A DNA stretch of 63,654 nucleotides, the filler included, from Octopus bimaculoides (taxonomy: Eukaryota), in the NCBI RefSeq assembly GCF_001194135.2. It is 6 parts of 6 records of this genome, joined end to end, with 100 filler letters (N's around TTAATTAATTAA, not from the genome) between each part and the next. Parts side by side here need not be neighbours in the genome. Positions count along the whole stretch, not along the records: positions 49,358 to 55,077 come from NW_026326439.1; positions 55,178 to 58,271 come from NC_069004.1; positions 58,372 to 63,654 come from NC_068992.1; 3 more parts are not named here. One strand, written 5' to 3'. The notes beneath the pieces were generated by a model. It had not been told where the DNA came from, ran no database searches, and worked only from the letters and a program-made list of their open reading frames with translations. Positions within the stretch are counted from its first letter, which is position 1; each line of letters opens with the position of its first letter. Position numbers and translations under genes: made by a program. Positions 52,641-63,654 of the stretch are shown piece after piece.

Positions 52641-52680
52641 ACTGTCCGATGAACGGGAACGTGAAACTCAGAGTAACAGT
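52641..52680 (+). ncRNA. Minimal type I hammerhead-like motif with variant core CCGAUGA
   Basis: ACUGU CCGAUGA ACG-GGAA-CGU GAAA CUC-A-GAG UA ACAGU: 5-bp stem I, GNRA-capped stem II, near-palindromic stem III, GUA triplet. Confidence 0.6.
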
Positions 52681-53391
52681 CTTTTGTCATATTTCTGCTG
52701 CTTTTAAATAAAACATATTACTCTACCTCTGGTATTTGAGTACTCTTTTTTCCACCTTGCTGCACATTTATGTGCTTACTCCGATATATNNNNNNNNNNN
52801 NNNNNNNNNNNNNNNNNNNNNNNNNNNNNNNNNNNNNNNNNNNNNNNNNNNNNNNNNNNNNNNNNNNNNNNNNNNNNNNNNNGTGTATGAATGTGTGTGT
52901 GATGTCTAATTGTACTGTTTTGCTTTCCATCATAATATTCTTCCTTCATTTTCAAGAACTTTTTACAACTGACCAACATAACATCAACACCATCACCACA
53001 TCAATTCCCTTCATATAAACTACTACTACTACTACTACTACTACTACTGGTGGTGGTGGTGGTGGTGCTGCTGCTGCTGATCTTATTTTTATTATTATTT
53101 ATCTTTTTACTTTTAATCTGCATTTTTGTTACAATCACTTACAGAGACACACCTAGCGTCCTGAGGCGAGTGAAGGATAAGAGATGTTACAATTTGACTG
53201 AGAGCTTAGGAAGTGGCAGGGGAAGTACCGAAATATCTTCATATAATACAACACAGACACTGAAATAGATAGATTTTTTTCTAAAGATGTTGGCAGCACT
53301 TATCAGTTAGCACTTGTCAGCATAATCTTTTGGATTTCTCTCAGACATGGTTCTCCTGAGATCTTATCTAGATGTTTCTAACAACCCTTTT

Positions 53392-53555
<164 letters not shown>

Positions 53556-53899
53556 TTGGATCTGGTGGTCGCCTGATCGGAACTCTAAGTTTTTCTTGGT
53601 TTTCCAAATTTTATTGAACTTTTGGGGAGATAACCCACCTCTCCGCCCGTGTGGCTTGCTGGGGTAGTGAGAATTCTCCCTGTAAGGACTAAAGTTTAGT
53701 TTTAAAACCACAAATTAAAATTTGGAAAAGAAAAAAATTCAATATGTCTTTTTAAATCGAGGCAAACTATAGTTCTTACATCATCCATTTTTTACATTTT
53801 CTCTTCTCTGCTATTTAATGTAGTTGAGAAACAAAGCAAAGACAGAAGTAGCAGTAACAACAACCATAACACAACCAAAAACACTGACAAAAACATCAA

Positions 53900-54780
53900 A
53901 GAAAAAAGAAGAGGCGGTAAGGAATTACTGCACTTTTGACCCTAAAAAGAAGACCTGTTTCTGGGCCCGTATACTTGAATCTAGAAATGGCGAAAAGAAA
54001 AACTGCAGATATACCACCGAAAATAGACATCTGCTTGTTGATCGCAGCTGTCCTCCTGGACATACAGGACAAAACGAGCTTCTTACAGGTGAGGAAACTA
54101 ATCGGAGCAAGGCTTGGAATTGTGGGCTAAAATGGATGAAATCTGGAAGCAATTTCAGGTATCATGAATTTACCCGATGCCACCTACCTCCACGTGGCCT
54201 TTGAGGGTTGACATTCGAGGTGTCACCTGTGTGGGGACACAGATCAATCTAAAGTTCTTCTTTCCACAATAAATTAGAGAAAGAAGCCTCTCACTTTTGC
54301 CAACACCACCACCACCGCAACAAGAACAGCAACAGCCCCAACAGAGGCAGATGACCATGGCGGCTGCGAAAACAACAGGAACAGTAGCAGCAACATCAAT
54401 TGCAGCAGCAAAAAGAACGGCATCATCCTCCCATCTGCACCAAAAAATAGAACAACAGTAAAAAGATCCACATGATTTATCCCACCCCTTTTCGGAACAC
54501 GCAGGCATGTCCTGCACGGAAGGTGTCAACGAGGAGCCTAAACGGCACAAAGTCGCGAAAACAATAAGAAAAAGAAAAAAGAAACAAACAAAAACACACC
54601 AACACAAAAATCTGACAGGAATGATCAGCTTGAGGAGACACCTTTAAGAACAATAACACAAGCACCGCCAACAACATCATTCCCATCACTACCATCACTA
54701 TCACCATCATAAGCACAGCCCTATTCTCACACACAACTCTCAGATCACTCATCCCAATACCACCAAAATTCAAACATTAT
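53900..54780 (+). pseudogene. Degenerate L1/Tx1-like ORF1 (gag-like) with decayed zinc knuckle
   Basis: PVYLNLEMAKRKTADIPPKIDICLLIAAV and ISGIMNLPDATYLHVAFEG*HSRCHLCG align with PTYLRQRVTKVSIRNIPPEIEAQWLLSAI and IPYHIDMPDGHILYLVVEGRRPRCYLCS at 63.1-63.4k; in-frame stops. Confidence 0.65.
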
Positions 54781-54857
54781 TAACTACACAGCAATAAATT
54801 CGTACAATAAAGAACTGATGGAACTCATATATAACTATACCCTTTTCTCTTTTCCCC

Positions 54858-55077
54858 TTTTACTTGTTTCAGTCATTTGACTGCGGCCATGCTGGAGCAC
54901 CGCCTTTTAGTCGAGCAAATCGACCCCAGGACTTATTCTTTGGATGCCTAGTACTTATTCTATCGGTCTCTTTTGCCGAACCGCTATGTTACGGGGACCT
55001 AAACACACTAACATCGGTTGTCAAGCGATGTTGGGGGAACAAACACAGACACACAAACATATACACACACATACATA
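54858..55077 (-). mobile_element. SINE family B, 3' half ending at contig end
   Basis: tttacttgtttcagtcatttgactgcggccatgctggagcaccgcc..gccgaaccgctatgttacggggac. Confidence 0.82.
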
Positions 55078-55296
55078 NNNNNNNNNNNNNNNNNNNNNNN
55101 NNNNNNNNNNNNNNNNNNNNNTTAATTAATTAANNNNNNNNNNNNNNNNNNNNNNNNNNNNNNNNNNNNNNNNNNNNTATATATATATATATATATATAT
55201 ACACGCGCGCGCATACCATCACATATACATTATACGACTACATATACACCACGCATACACGCAGGTCAAAATTTGGCGATGGTGGTTGTAGTGGCT

Positions 55297-55350
<54 letters not shown>

Positions 55351-55559
55351 ATTGCAGCAGCAGTGACAGTAGAAGCAGCAGCAGCAGCAGTAGCAGCAGC
55401 ATTTGCAACAACTGAGTTGTACATTTTTATTGTTTCTGTTTTTCTATTGTAACATAATGTTATTGTTTACATTTTCTGTTGTTGCTCCTTTTGATATTGC
55501 AGCTCTTGTTATCCTCTCTATTGTTCCTGCTGACGTCAGAGTGCTATTGTACTGTACTG

Positions 55560-55815
55560 CTGCTGTTTAACCCTAGGTCAGTGCTGTTGCAGTAGACCTA
55601 TGATCAAAGATAGGTTGTTTATTCTGTTATGGTGATGGTGGTGGGTTTTTTTCATTTAGCCTAGTCAGCCCTGACGTAGCAGAGCCACGATCAAAGACAG
55701 TTTCATGTAGTCCATTGTTGTTGTTAAGCTCCAGGTCAGCTCTGAAGTAATAAACCCACATTCAAAGACAGGCTATTGATGTTGATGGTATTCACCCCCA
55801 GGTTTTCCTTGATGA
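55560..55815. repeat. Degenerate tandem repeat, 3-4 units
   Basis: ttaaccctaggtcagtgctg..atcaaagata / ttagcctagtcagccctg..atcaaagaca / ttaagctccaggtcagctctg..ttcaaagaca. Confidence 0.6.
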
Positions 55816-55963
55816 ATGTTATTAGTTAGGATTGCTTAGTATACATAGACAATTTAGTTGCGGTGTAATTCTAACTCCTCTAATGTATTTTGTATTGTTT
55901 TTGTACCAGGATGTGCTGTAAGCACTGAAATATCTGCAAACATTGATGAATGAAAGTATTTTA

Positions 55964-56400
55964 CAAGGTGTGATCAAAAAACGTATCGGGATTGGTGCTA
56001 TAAAAACAAAACTACAACACGTATCAATTCAGCATTTAATCTCCTTCGAAGCAGTCCTCTTCTGAAGCCACAAACTTTGTCCAGCATCGTTTCTATTGAT
56101 GGAAGAATTCCTGGAACTCTTTTGGAGTGAGAGCGAACAGCTGCCTCGTCGCATTTTCTAACACTTCCTCGACATCTTGAAGTCTCGTTGAGAATCGTCC
56201 ACTACGAAGACCGAGCATTGATTTCCGTGTCATAGTCATAGCTCCACAATTCGTCACCTGTCTAGAGCGTTTTCAAAAACTTTTCGTCTTCGTAGACACA
56301 ATCGAGAAGATTCTGCGGAGATGAGAGCCGATCCTCGTTTTGAGACGACCACACTCGACACACTTTACTTCCAAGCACTACTAAAAGCAATGGAAATGAA
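55964..56400 (-). mobile_element. Internally deleted mariner remnant (second family)
   Basis: TA|caaggtgtgatcaaaaa terminus; minus translations FLKTL*TGDELWSYDYDTE and FQDVEEVLENATRQLFALTPKEFQEFFHQ*KRCWTKFVASEEDCFEGD* are mariner catalytic start and C-terminus with the middle deleted. Confidence 0.78.
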
Positions 56401-56807
56401 CGAGAACGTTATAACTTAGTGTATATGCGCAGCAGTGTTCAAGATAGGAGTCATTAAGGTATACATGTAGAAAGACGCACAGAATCCGTAATTCTTCTGA
56501 CAAAGATTCAAAAATAATAATTATTTTTTAATCGTCGTCTGAACAATTACAGATAGGAGATTCTAAACGTTCTTCTTCGTATTTATATGTAATTTACTCT
56601 GCTAATAAGATCCACCAGAAATTTCAAATGTTTTTTTTTATGTCTCATTTAAAATAAAACATCTATATACATACATTTGATAATTGAGAACATGCAGACG
56701 AACTTCACGAGGACACAGCTTCGACTATAAACGCTTCTCTACAAGATAGATAAATAAGTGTCAACGCACAAAGGTCTTGGACCTTGAGTCACTCTGTTGC
56801 TTGTGCG

Positions 56808-56838
<31 letters not shown>

Positions 56839-57033
56839 NNNNNNNNNNNNNNNNNNNNNNNNNNNNNNNNNNNNNNNNNNNNNNNNNNNNNNNNNNNNNN
56901 NNNNNNNNNNNNNNNNNNNNNNNNNNNNNNNNNNNNNNNNNNNNNNNNNNNNNNNNNNNNNNNNNNNNNNNNNNNNNNNNNNNNNNNGTACTTGCATAGC
57001 ACATGACCTGATTTGAGATCGTGTGCTGGAACG

Positions 57034-57293
57034 AAAACAGTTGCAGCGTGGAAGGTGTTTATAAGCCATTTAAGAAACACGCAAAAACCGTTAGATTCAC
57101 TTCAGCATTTAAATTTAATTTGCCAAAATATTTTCGTCGCTTTGAGCAGCACGGAATTTTGTCAGTGAACAGGTCGTGGTCTCAAAGCGACGAAAATATT
57201 TTGGCAAATTAAATTTAAATGTTGAAGTGAATCTAACGGTTTTTGTGTGTTTCTTAAATGGCTTATAAGCACCTTCCACACTGCACTTGTTTT
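57034..57293. repeat. Long near-perfect hairpin, 113-bp arms, 34-nt loop
   Basis: 57034-57146 is the reverse complement of 57181-57293 with about 6 mismatches (hand count). Confidence 0.92.
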
Positions 57294-57654
57294 ATATATA
57301 TATATATATATATATATGACAAGAACTTTGAATGAAAATTTGTGAATCTTTTAATACATTGCTACGTACTTTTCCACAAGTTCCATGCTTTAATTATGGT
57401 TTTCCCTATCCATAGGATATTACAAGTATAATTTGCAAAATCCATGCATTTTAAGGGGAATATGAATACGCGTGTTTATTTGCTAAGGCAAAAATGCGTT
57501 AGTGTTTTTATTGTATTAATCATATCCTATCCTATGCTATACCGGCACCACACTAATAACCTTCCCATAAAGTTACCCTGGCAGATAAGAACAATAAGCT
57601 GTAGCCGAATTAAATAGCAAAGAAGCTTCAGAGGCTCCAAGATAAATCGTTTGA

Positions 57655-58047
57655 AAAGAAGAGCTTACGAGGATACAAGACAAATCAATTGAAAAGAAGA
57701 ATTACATCGGGTTATGTCAGGGCGCATTCAAGAGGCGTTATGCAAGCCACCTATCTTCTTTCCGGCTCATTGATAGAAATAATGCAACTAAGTTGGCTAG
57801 CCACGTATGGAATTTGAAGAGCAGCTCCACACCACATACAATTAAATGGAGAATAGTGGAGAAATCCAAGCCATATGTTAATGGATCTAAGAAATGCAAC
57901 TTATGTGTAGCAGAAAAGTCTCATATTCTTCTTAGATCCAGCAATTTCAACACACTGCTTAAATCCAGATCTGAAATGTTTTGGAAGAGTAGACACATGG
58001 ACAGGTTTATTTTATGGAATTGGAGGGCACCACCTGCTCCCGCTTGA
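57655..58047 (+). pseudogene. Penelope-like element GIY-YIG endonuclease C-terminal fragment
   Basis: Open frame KKNYIGLCQGAFKRRYASHLSSF..KLASHVWNLK..IKWRIVEKSKPYVNGSKKCNLCVAEK..LLKSRSEMFWKSRH; YIG, R..H and C-x2-C motifs of PLE endonucleases; GIY part and RT absent. Confidence 0.85.
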
Positions 58048-58371
58048 GTTGCTGTCTCGCAGACTTTGACATATTTTCTGTTATTTTGTTTTATACTAGT
58101 TGTATCTAATGAACTTTTTGCAATCAGGGAGGGCAAGGATCTTAGTTTTCTTGATTTCATTTCTTTTTTCTCATTCCACTTTTTGCGCCAATCTTTTTCA
58201 CATTTTCCCCACATCTTTTCTTATTTTCTTACTGTCTAGCGTTCTTGTTTTTAAAATATGATATATATATANNNNNNNNNNNNNNNNNNNNNNNNNNNNN
58301 NNNNNNNNNNNNNNNTTAATTAATTAANNNNNNNNNNNNNNNNNNNNNNNNNNNNNNNNNNNNNNNNNNNN

Positions 58372-58436
<65 letters not shown>

Positions 58437-59026
58437 TATATGTATGTATGTATGTATGTGTGTGTGTATGTACGTATGTATTAGTACACATAGATGTATG
58501 AATGTTTATCTGTTTCTCTCTCTCTGTGTCTATCTAGCTATCTATATATGTATATATACTACAAGCAGCGCACACAACTGTATAAACGTAACTGTCAGTA
58601 TTTACATACGAATATATATATATATGTGTGTATCTGTGTGTGTCTGTATTGCTTATTTTACATTGCATTTATATTGAGAATTACAGGTGAATAGAGAAGA
58701 AAGTGGCCGAACAAACAAGAGAAACAGAAAAGAAGGAAAGATCTTTGCCATATGCTTTACTTCAGGATTTACAACAAATTAAAAAATATTGGCAGCAAGA
58801 GAATTAGTCGCTAGACAATATAAAATGTCTAACAAGAAAACCATTTCCATAAATTGCTAACCTACAAATTAACACATTTATTTGGAGAGAGATTCCTTAG
58901 AGAAATTAATTTAATGTCGAGAGATCGGATTGGAATATGGAGGATTGAAAGTATTTATCATTCTTAATGTACAAATCATAAATCAACATCATTTAAACTA
59001 TTTACGTATATATATATATACACGGA

Positions 59027-59098
<72 letters not shown>

Positions 59099-59271
59099 TG
59101 AGAGAGAGAAAGAAGGGAGANNNNNNNNNNGTGAGAGAGAGAAAGAAGGGAGAGAAAATGTTTGGCGAACCTCATTGAATGTTTGGTATGCTTATGAATC
59201 CACATCAAGACTAGCGGAAAATATAATCAATAATGGTAGATGAGTGTGCAACAGGCTGTTAGAAGACAGGT

Positions 59272-59342
<71 letters not shown>

Positions 59343-59390
59343 CGCATATTCACTAACTAGCACGGTTCTACCCAACAAAATAATCGACAC

Positions 59391-59535
59391 CTTTGGCTGT
59401 GTGGTAAGAAGCTTGCTTCCCAACCACATGTTTCCGGGTTCAGTTTCACAGGGTGGCACCTTAGGCAAGTGTCTTCATATATGGCATCTGGCCTACCGAA
59501 GCCTTTTAAGTGGATTTCGAAATCGGAAGCACATC

Positions 59536-59612
<77 letters not shown>

Positions 59613-59770
59613 ACTCTGTGTGTGTATGTGTGTGTGTGCGTGTATACATGTCTTTGTGCCTATGGTTGTCTCCCACCACTGCTTGACAATCAGAATTAGT
59701 TTGCTTACGCCCTCGTAACTTAGAGGTCCGGTGTTAAGAGACAATGAAATAAATTCCAAGCTTACAAAAT
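59391..59770 (+). mobile_element. SINE family B with expanded internal (AT)n
   Basis: ggctgtgtggtaagaagcttgcttcccaaccacatgtttccgggttcag.. Confidence 0.8.
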
Positions 59771-59944
59771 GTACTGAGAATCAAGTCATGGTGCGTGTGT
59801 ATCTCCCTAGGACGTTAGGTAAATGACTCCGACATACGTGGAGCATAGGTTGAATAAATAAAGATAACAGCTGTTTACTCAAATGAGATAGGTCAAGGAA
59901 GGAGTAACGATACAATTGAGTACACATTCAACATGACTTTCAGA

Positions 59945-60080
59945 ACTCTACAAAGTTCACTCAAAAGGTTTTGGTCTGCCCCAGCTTATAGTAGAAGACA
60001 CCGGCTCAAGGTGCCGCGAAGTGGGACTGAACTCGGAACCATGTGGTTAGGAAGAAACCTTCTTACCACACAGCCACACC
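59945..60080 (-). mobile_element. SINE family B, 5' half
   Basis: aaggtgccgcgaagtgggactgaactcggaaccatgtggttagg..cttaccacacagccacacc. Confidence 0.78.
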
Positions 60081-61469
60081 TGCTCTATGCTGTGAATTGT
60101 TTTTATATATATCTGATAAAGGAGCACATTCTCACCCATTAGTGCAAACGCCAGTTTAAGAGATATCGTTACGATATTAACAATTTTCTTTAAAGTGTCG
60201 ATTTTGTTTTTGTAGGAAGGCACTCGTCTCAGACGGCTTAAGCTCAGTGATTATGGTTTTTGACATTACTATGAAAAACGTGTTGGTGGAAAAAATTATG
60301 TACTATAAATCTCATTCACACATAGAACAAAACACAGTTTTGTGCATAGAGTAAAGAGATACGTTTGTAATTAATAAACACAATTCCAATACTTAGCAGA
60401 CATGTCTACGTGAGAGAGAAGTTCATTTCACAACCACGAATTTCAGGATTCTGTTGCACTGCGGGGTATCAACGTTTCTGCTGCAGCCTCAGGTTAATCA
60501 GCGTATTGTCTGCGGAGTTAGATTAGAACAGTATGCCGTCCCTAATACGATGCGCTCTCACACAAACAAGCATACGCAGATATATATTTATGAGTGTGTG
60601 TGTGTTTTATGTATGTCACTATTTGTGTGTGTGTGTGTGGTGTTCATTTTTACGTGTGAGTGAAATCGTTTAACACTTCGTTAAGCGGAAGCCTTCAACA
60701 GAATGAGGTCGATACAATTACAGACAAGACAAACTACTGATAGAAGAGATTTAAGTCCTCGGTGGATATGTCTCAGCAGGGCGCTGATTAAAAAGGTTGA
60801 AACCTTTAGCAGAAACATCTATACGCGTGTGTGTGTATATATACATACACACATGCACACACACGCATATATGTGTGTATCAGGTATATGTACACACACA
60901 TACACACGCGCGCGCGCGTTTATACAAGTTCCTTCTATCATTTGATTTCAATTAGCGATGTGGCTTATATTAAACGCACAGAACTTTTTATTGCAACGGT
61001 ATTTATAGCTGAATACGAGATTTAATGGATTAATCAGATCTTTGTGTGAAGCAGACATGATCGGTAAGAACACTTAATGCCAAAGCCAACACTGGCAACC
61101 GTTGAATTACATCTCTGCTATCAGATAACCTTCAGCAATCAACTTATAATTTTGGCTTCAATATTTGCAAACAATTCTCTACGTAATGCCGTTGGGGTAC
61201 CGTGGGATGTGCTGCGTGCGTAGAACACACAGGGCGCCCATTATATAAACGTGTGTTTGCTGTAGTCGAGTGTATGTTACGTTTAAGGAAGTAGACGGCC
61301 AATATCTCAACTACAAAGAGTTGCCAAAAAACAAAACGACAAAAACAAATTTAAAAAAATCACCCTGGTCTACGGCTGAAGTCTCTTTCTGTCGCTTTCT
61401 CTATTATATTAACGTGCGAACATTTTTTTAAATGTTAAAGGCAACGTTTTCAGTTGAAAAGGAAATAAC

Positions 61470-61626
61470 TTTATTTACAATTGACGGATATTTGTCCTCA
61501 TTTTGTTTGTTGATTTGATGAAAGGCAAGGTCATCACCTCGTCGGAATACGAACTCAGAACGTATAGACGAAAGAAATGCCTGTGTTATGCTTGGCGTGC
61601 TAAGGAGTGTGCCAGCTCGCCGCCAT
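61470..61626 (-). mobile_element. SINE family A, diverged
   Basis: gatgaaaggcaaggtcatcacctcgtcggaatacgaactcagaacg..gccagctcgccgcc. Confidence 0.65.
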
Positions 61627-61970
61627 TGGCAACACAACTCAGTCCTTTATTTCCTGATCCAAGTTGGATATATGTCTAAAGATGAACAAACTTCTGTTGG
61701 TAACAAATATCTTTGGACTTTGGTGATAGACGAATACCCGACATAGAATGCATTTCTTTTCGACCGATATCAGTTTGCGTCCTGTCTAAACATAAAAATG
61801 CTGTTCCGTATAAATATCGTCGTTAATACGTTTCTATTGAATCATGTGGCTTTGGAACCTGGATCAATTTTCAAAGATCTATACTCAGTTAATTTAAAAT
61901 ATGCATAAGTCTATGTATGGAAACTTTATTACACTTCTTGTATCAGTTACATGTGTGTGTGCCGCGCACG

Positions 61971-62019
<49 letters not shown>

Positions 62020-62749
62020 GTAATGTTTCGTTTTAAAATAAAAACACAGATTATTTGCTAGTATTGATTCTAAAATATCGTATAAACAGATAGGAAAAAA
62101 TATGTTATTAGAATTTTATGTTTGACGGATAACTGTGTAAATTCAGACAATTTGCTAAATAAAGCCCATTTTAAAAAGCCATTATAGTAGTTTTTGGTAT
62201 TTACTAAGTTAGCTATAACATTTAGTTATGTCCATTTTGCGGTAGCTTGTTTGAATTTTTCTTTCTACTAAGATTTTTTTTATTCCAAATTTTACAAATA
62301 AAAATGTAACGAAATATTTTAAGTGATACACAGTTATAAACTCTGTTGTGATGTTTGAAATATCTTAGTTTCATAGCCTTGTTTAGGTTATGTTATGTCC
62401 TTTTAACTTTTTTTAATGCGATAATCAGTTTTAACACATACAATCAATGTAGCAAAGAGATGCAGTCGCGGTGTGTGTCTTGTCACGCAACTTCCAACTT
62501 TCCAACAAAAGATACGATGCGTCTTGCAATCGAGCTATTGTAATTAATGTTATTTAAATTGTAAACCATTTAGAAATATAGAAACTAGTTTCGTACAAAT
62601 GTTCCTTTGTTAGTTTTAGCTTCACGTACATACAAGCACAAACACATGGAGATACCAACATATACATGCCAGCACACTTACACGCACGCTCACAAACACA
62701 CCCGTCAAGCTATAGTATTTATGTATGTGTGCGTATCTATATATCTATC

Positions 62750-62752
62750 AAA

Positions 62753-62832
<80 letters not shown>
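62750..62832. repeat. (CTAT)n microsatellite
   Basis: Directly visible. Confidence 0.95.
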
Positions 62833-62833
<1 letters not shown>

Positions 62834-62836
62834 ATC

Positions 62837-63654
62837 ATGAACGAACGGTAGACACATCGGCTCCGTAAGTTTTGACTTTTTTGGCTTTTAAAAAGTTTGT
62901 TTCTCAGTCATATTTTATATACAAAAGCTGTGCAACAACTGATATATTCAGTTGTGCAACTTATTGGAATTTGTTTACGCCCGATATGGGATTACCAAAG
63001 ATATGTAAACTGGTGGAATAAATATGCCACAATCTAGGTTCGCTTCGACAGTGAAGAGAAAGCCAAAGAACTGTAGACACTCACACTACAGTCGGACAAA
63101 CTAATCCTAATTCCGACCTACCTTAGGCAACGTGTGACCAAAGTTTCAATAAGGAATATCCCTCCTGAAATAGAGGCGCAATGGCTTTTGTCCGCCATTT
63201 GTTACCGCATGGAAGAGGACTTCAACATCCTCGAGTATGCCACTTATCAGGAACTAAAATGGTCCGGAAAAAAGATCGAAGTATTGCTCCAAATCAATGA
63301 GAGTCAAGTAAGCAACATCCCATACCATATTGATATGCCAGACGGCCATATTCTCTATCTAGTGGTAGAAGGTAGGAGGCCTCGCTGCTACCTGTGTAGC
63401 AGAGAAGGGCACCTCCGAACAAACTGCCCAACAACAAAGAAAAATCAACAAGAGCAAGAACAACAACCACAACAAGGAAAGAGTACAAGGAAAAAGGAAC
63501 CTTTACTACCCACACCACCATCAACACAGAAAACAAGCAATGAAAGTAAAACAAAAGAAACACATCCAACAACACCAACAAATGAACATAAGACAGCATT
63601 TGAAAAAACACCTACAACAACAAGAACTAAAGAAACAGTAAAACCAAAAGACAA
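62837..63654 (+). pseudogene. L1/Tx1-like non-LTR retrotransposon ORF1 with CCHC zinc knuckle, runs off window end
   Basis: One frame from ATG 62837 with four in-frame stops (last at 63074-63076), then open to 63654: ..VSIRNIPPEIEAQWLLSAI..LVVEGRRPR CYLCSREGHLRTNC (C-x2-C-x4-H-x4-C, 63386-63427) then a Q/T/K-rich tail. Not listed in the ORF track. Confidence 0.78.

Noticed and set aside
61200-61310. Possible promoter (TATA-like ttatataaac, CCAAT)
   Set aside because: Such motifs are expected by chance in AT-rich DNA; no linked gene.

Overview
Eukaryotic, very AT-rich, repeat-saturated draft-assembly sequence with many N gaps. The SINE families and the extreme (AT)n/(GT)n/(CTAT)n/(AAT)n microsatellite load look like an octopus genome (inference from recalled repeat sequences, not a database hit). 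Five identical 100-bp spacers (N44-TTAATTAATTAA-N44) show the window is at least six joined contigs, so long-range adjacency across them is unproven. Nearly all ORF-track entries are microsatellite or gap artefacts. Supported content: (i) many tRNA-derived and RTE-tailed SINE copies; (ii) decayed DNA transposons (three mariner-type remnants, one maT/DD37D-type element with both TIRs, piggyBac-like and hAT-like MITEs); (iii) retroelement remnants (CR1-type ORF2, two related L1/Tx1-like ORF1 zinc-knuckle sequences, a Penelope GIY-YIG C-terminal fragment, a 155-bp TG..CA solo-LTR-like insert with a 5-bp TSD); (iv) a low-confidence, unidentified multi-exon gene on the minus strand of the first 27 kb. 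The most interesting signal is a set of minimal type I hammerhead ribozyme motifs in at least three unrelated repeat contexts: a fold-back element with inverted hammerhead arms around a trinucleotide tract, a stand-alone hammerhead with a CCGAUGA variant core, and a 113-bp hairpin with a degenerate hammerhead next to the GIY-YIG fragment. All folds, alignments and coordinates were done by hand; SINE boundaries are approximate.
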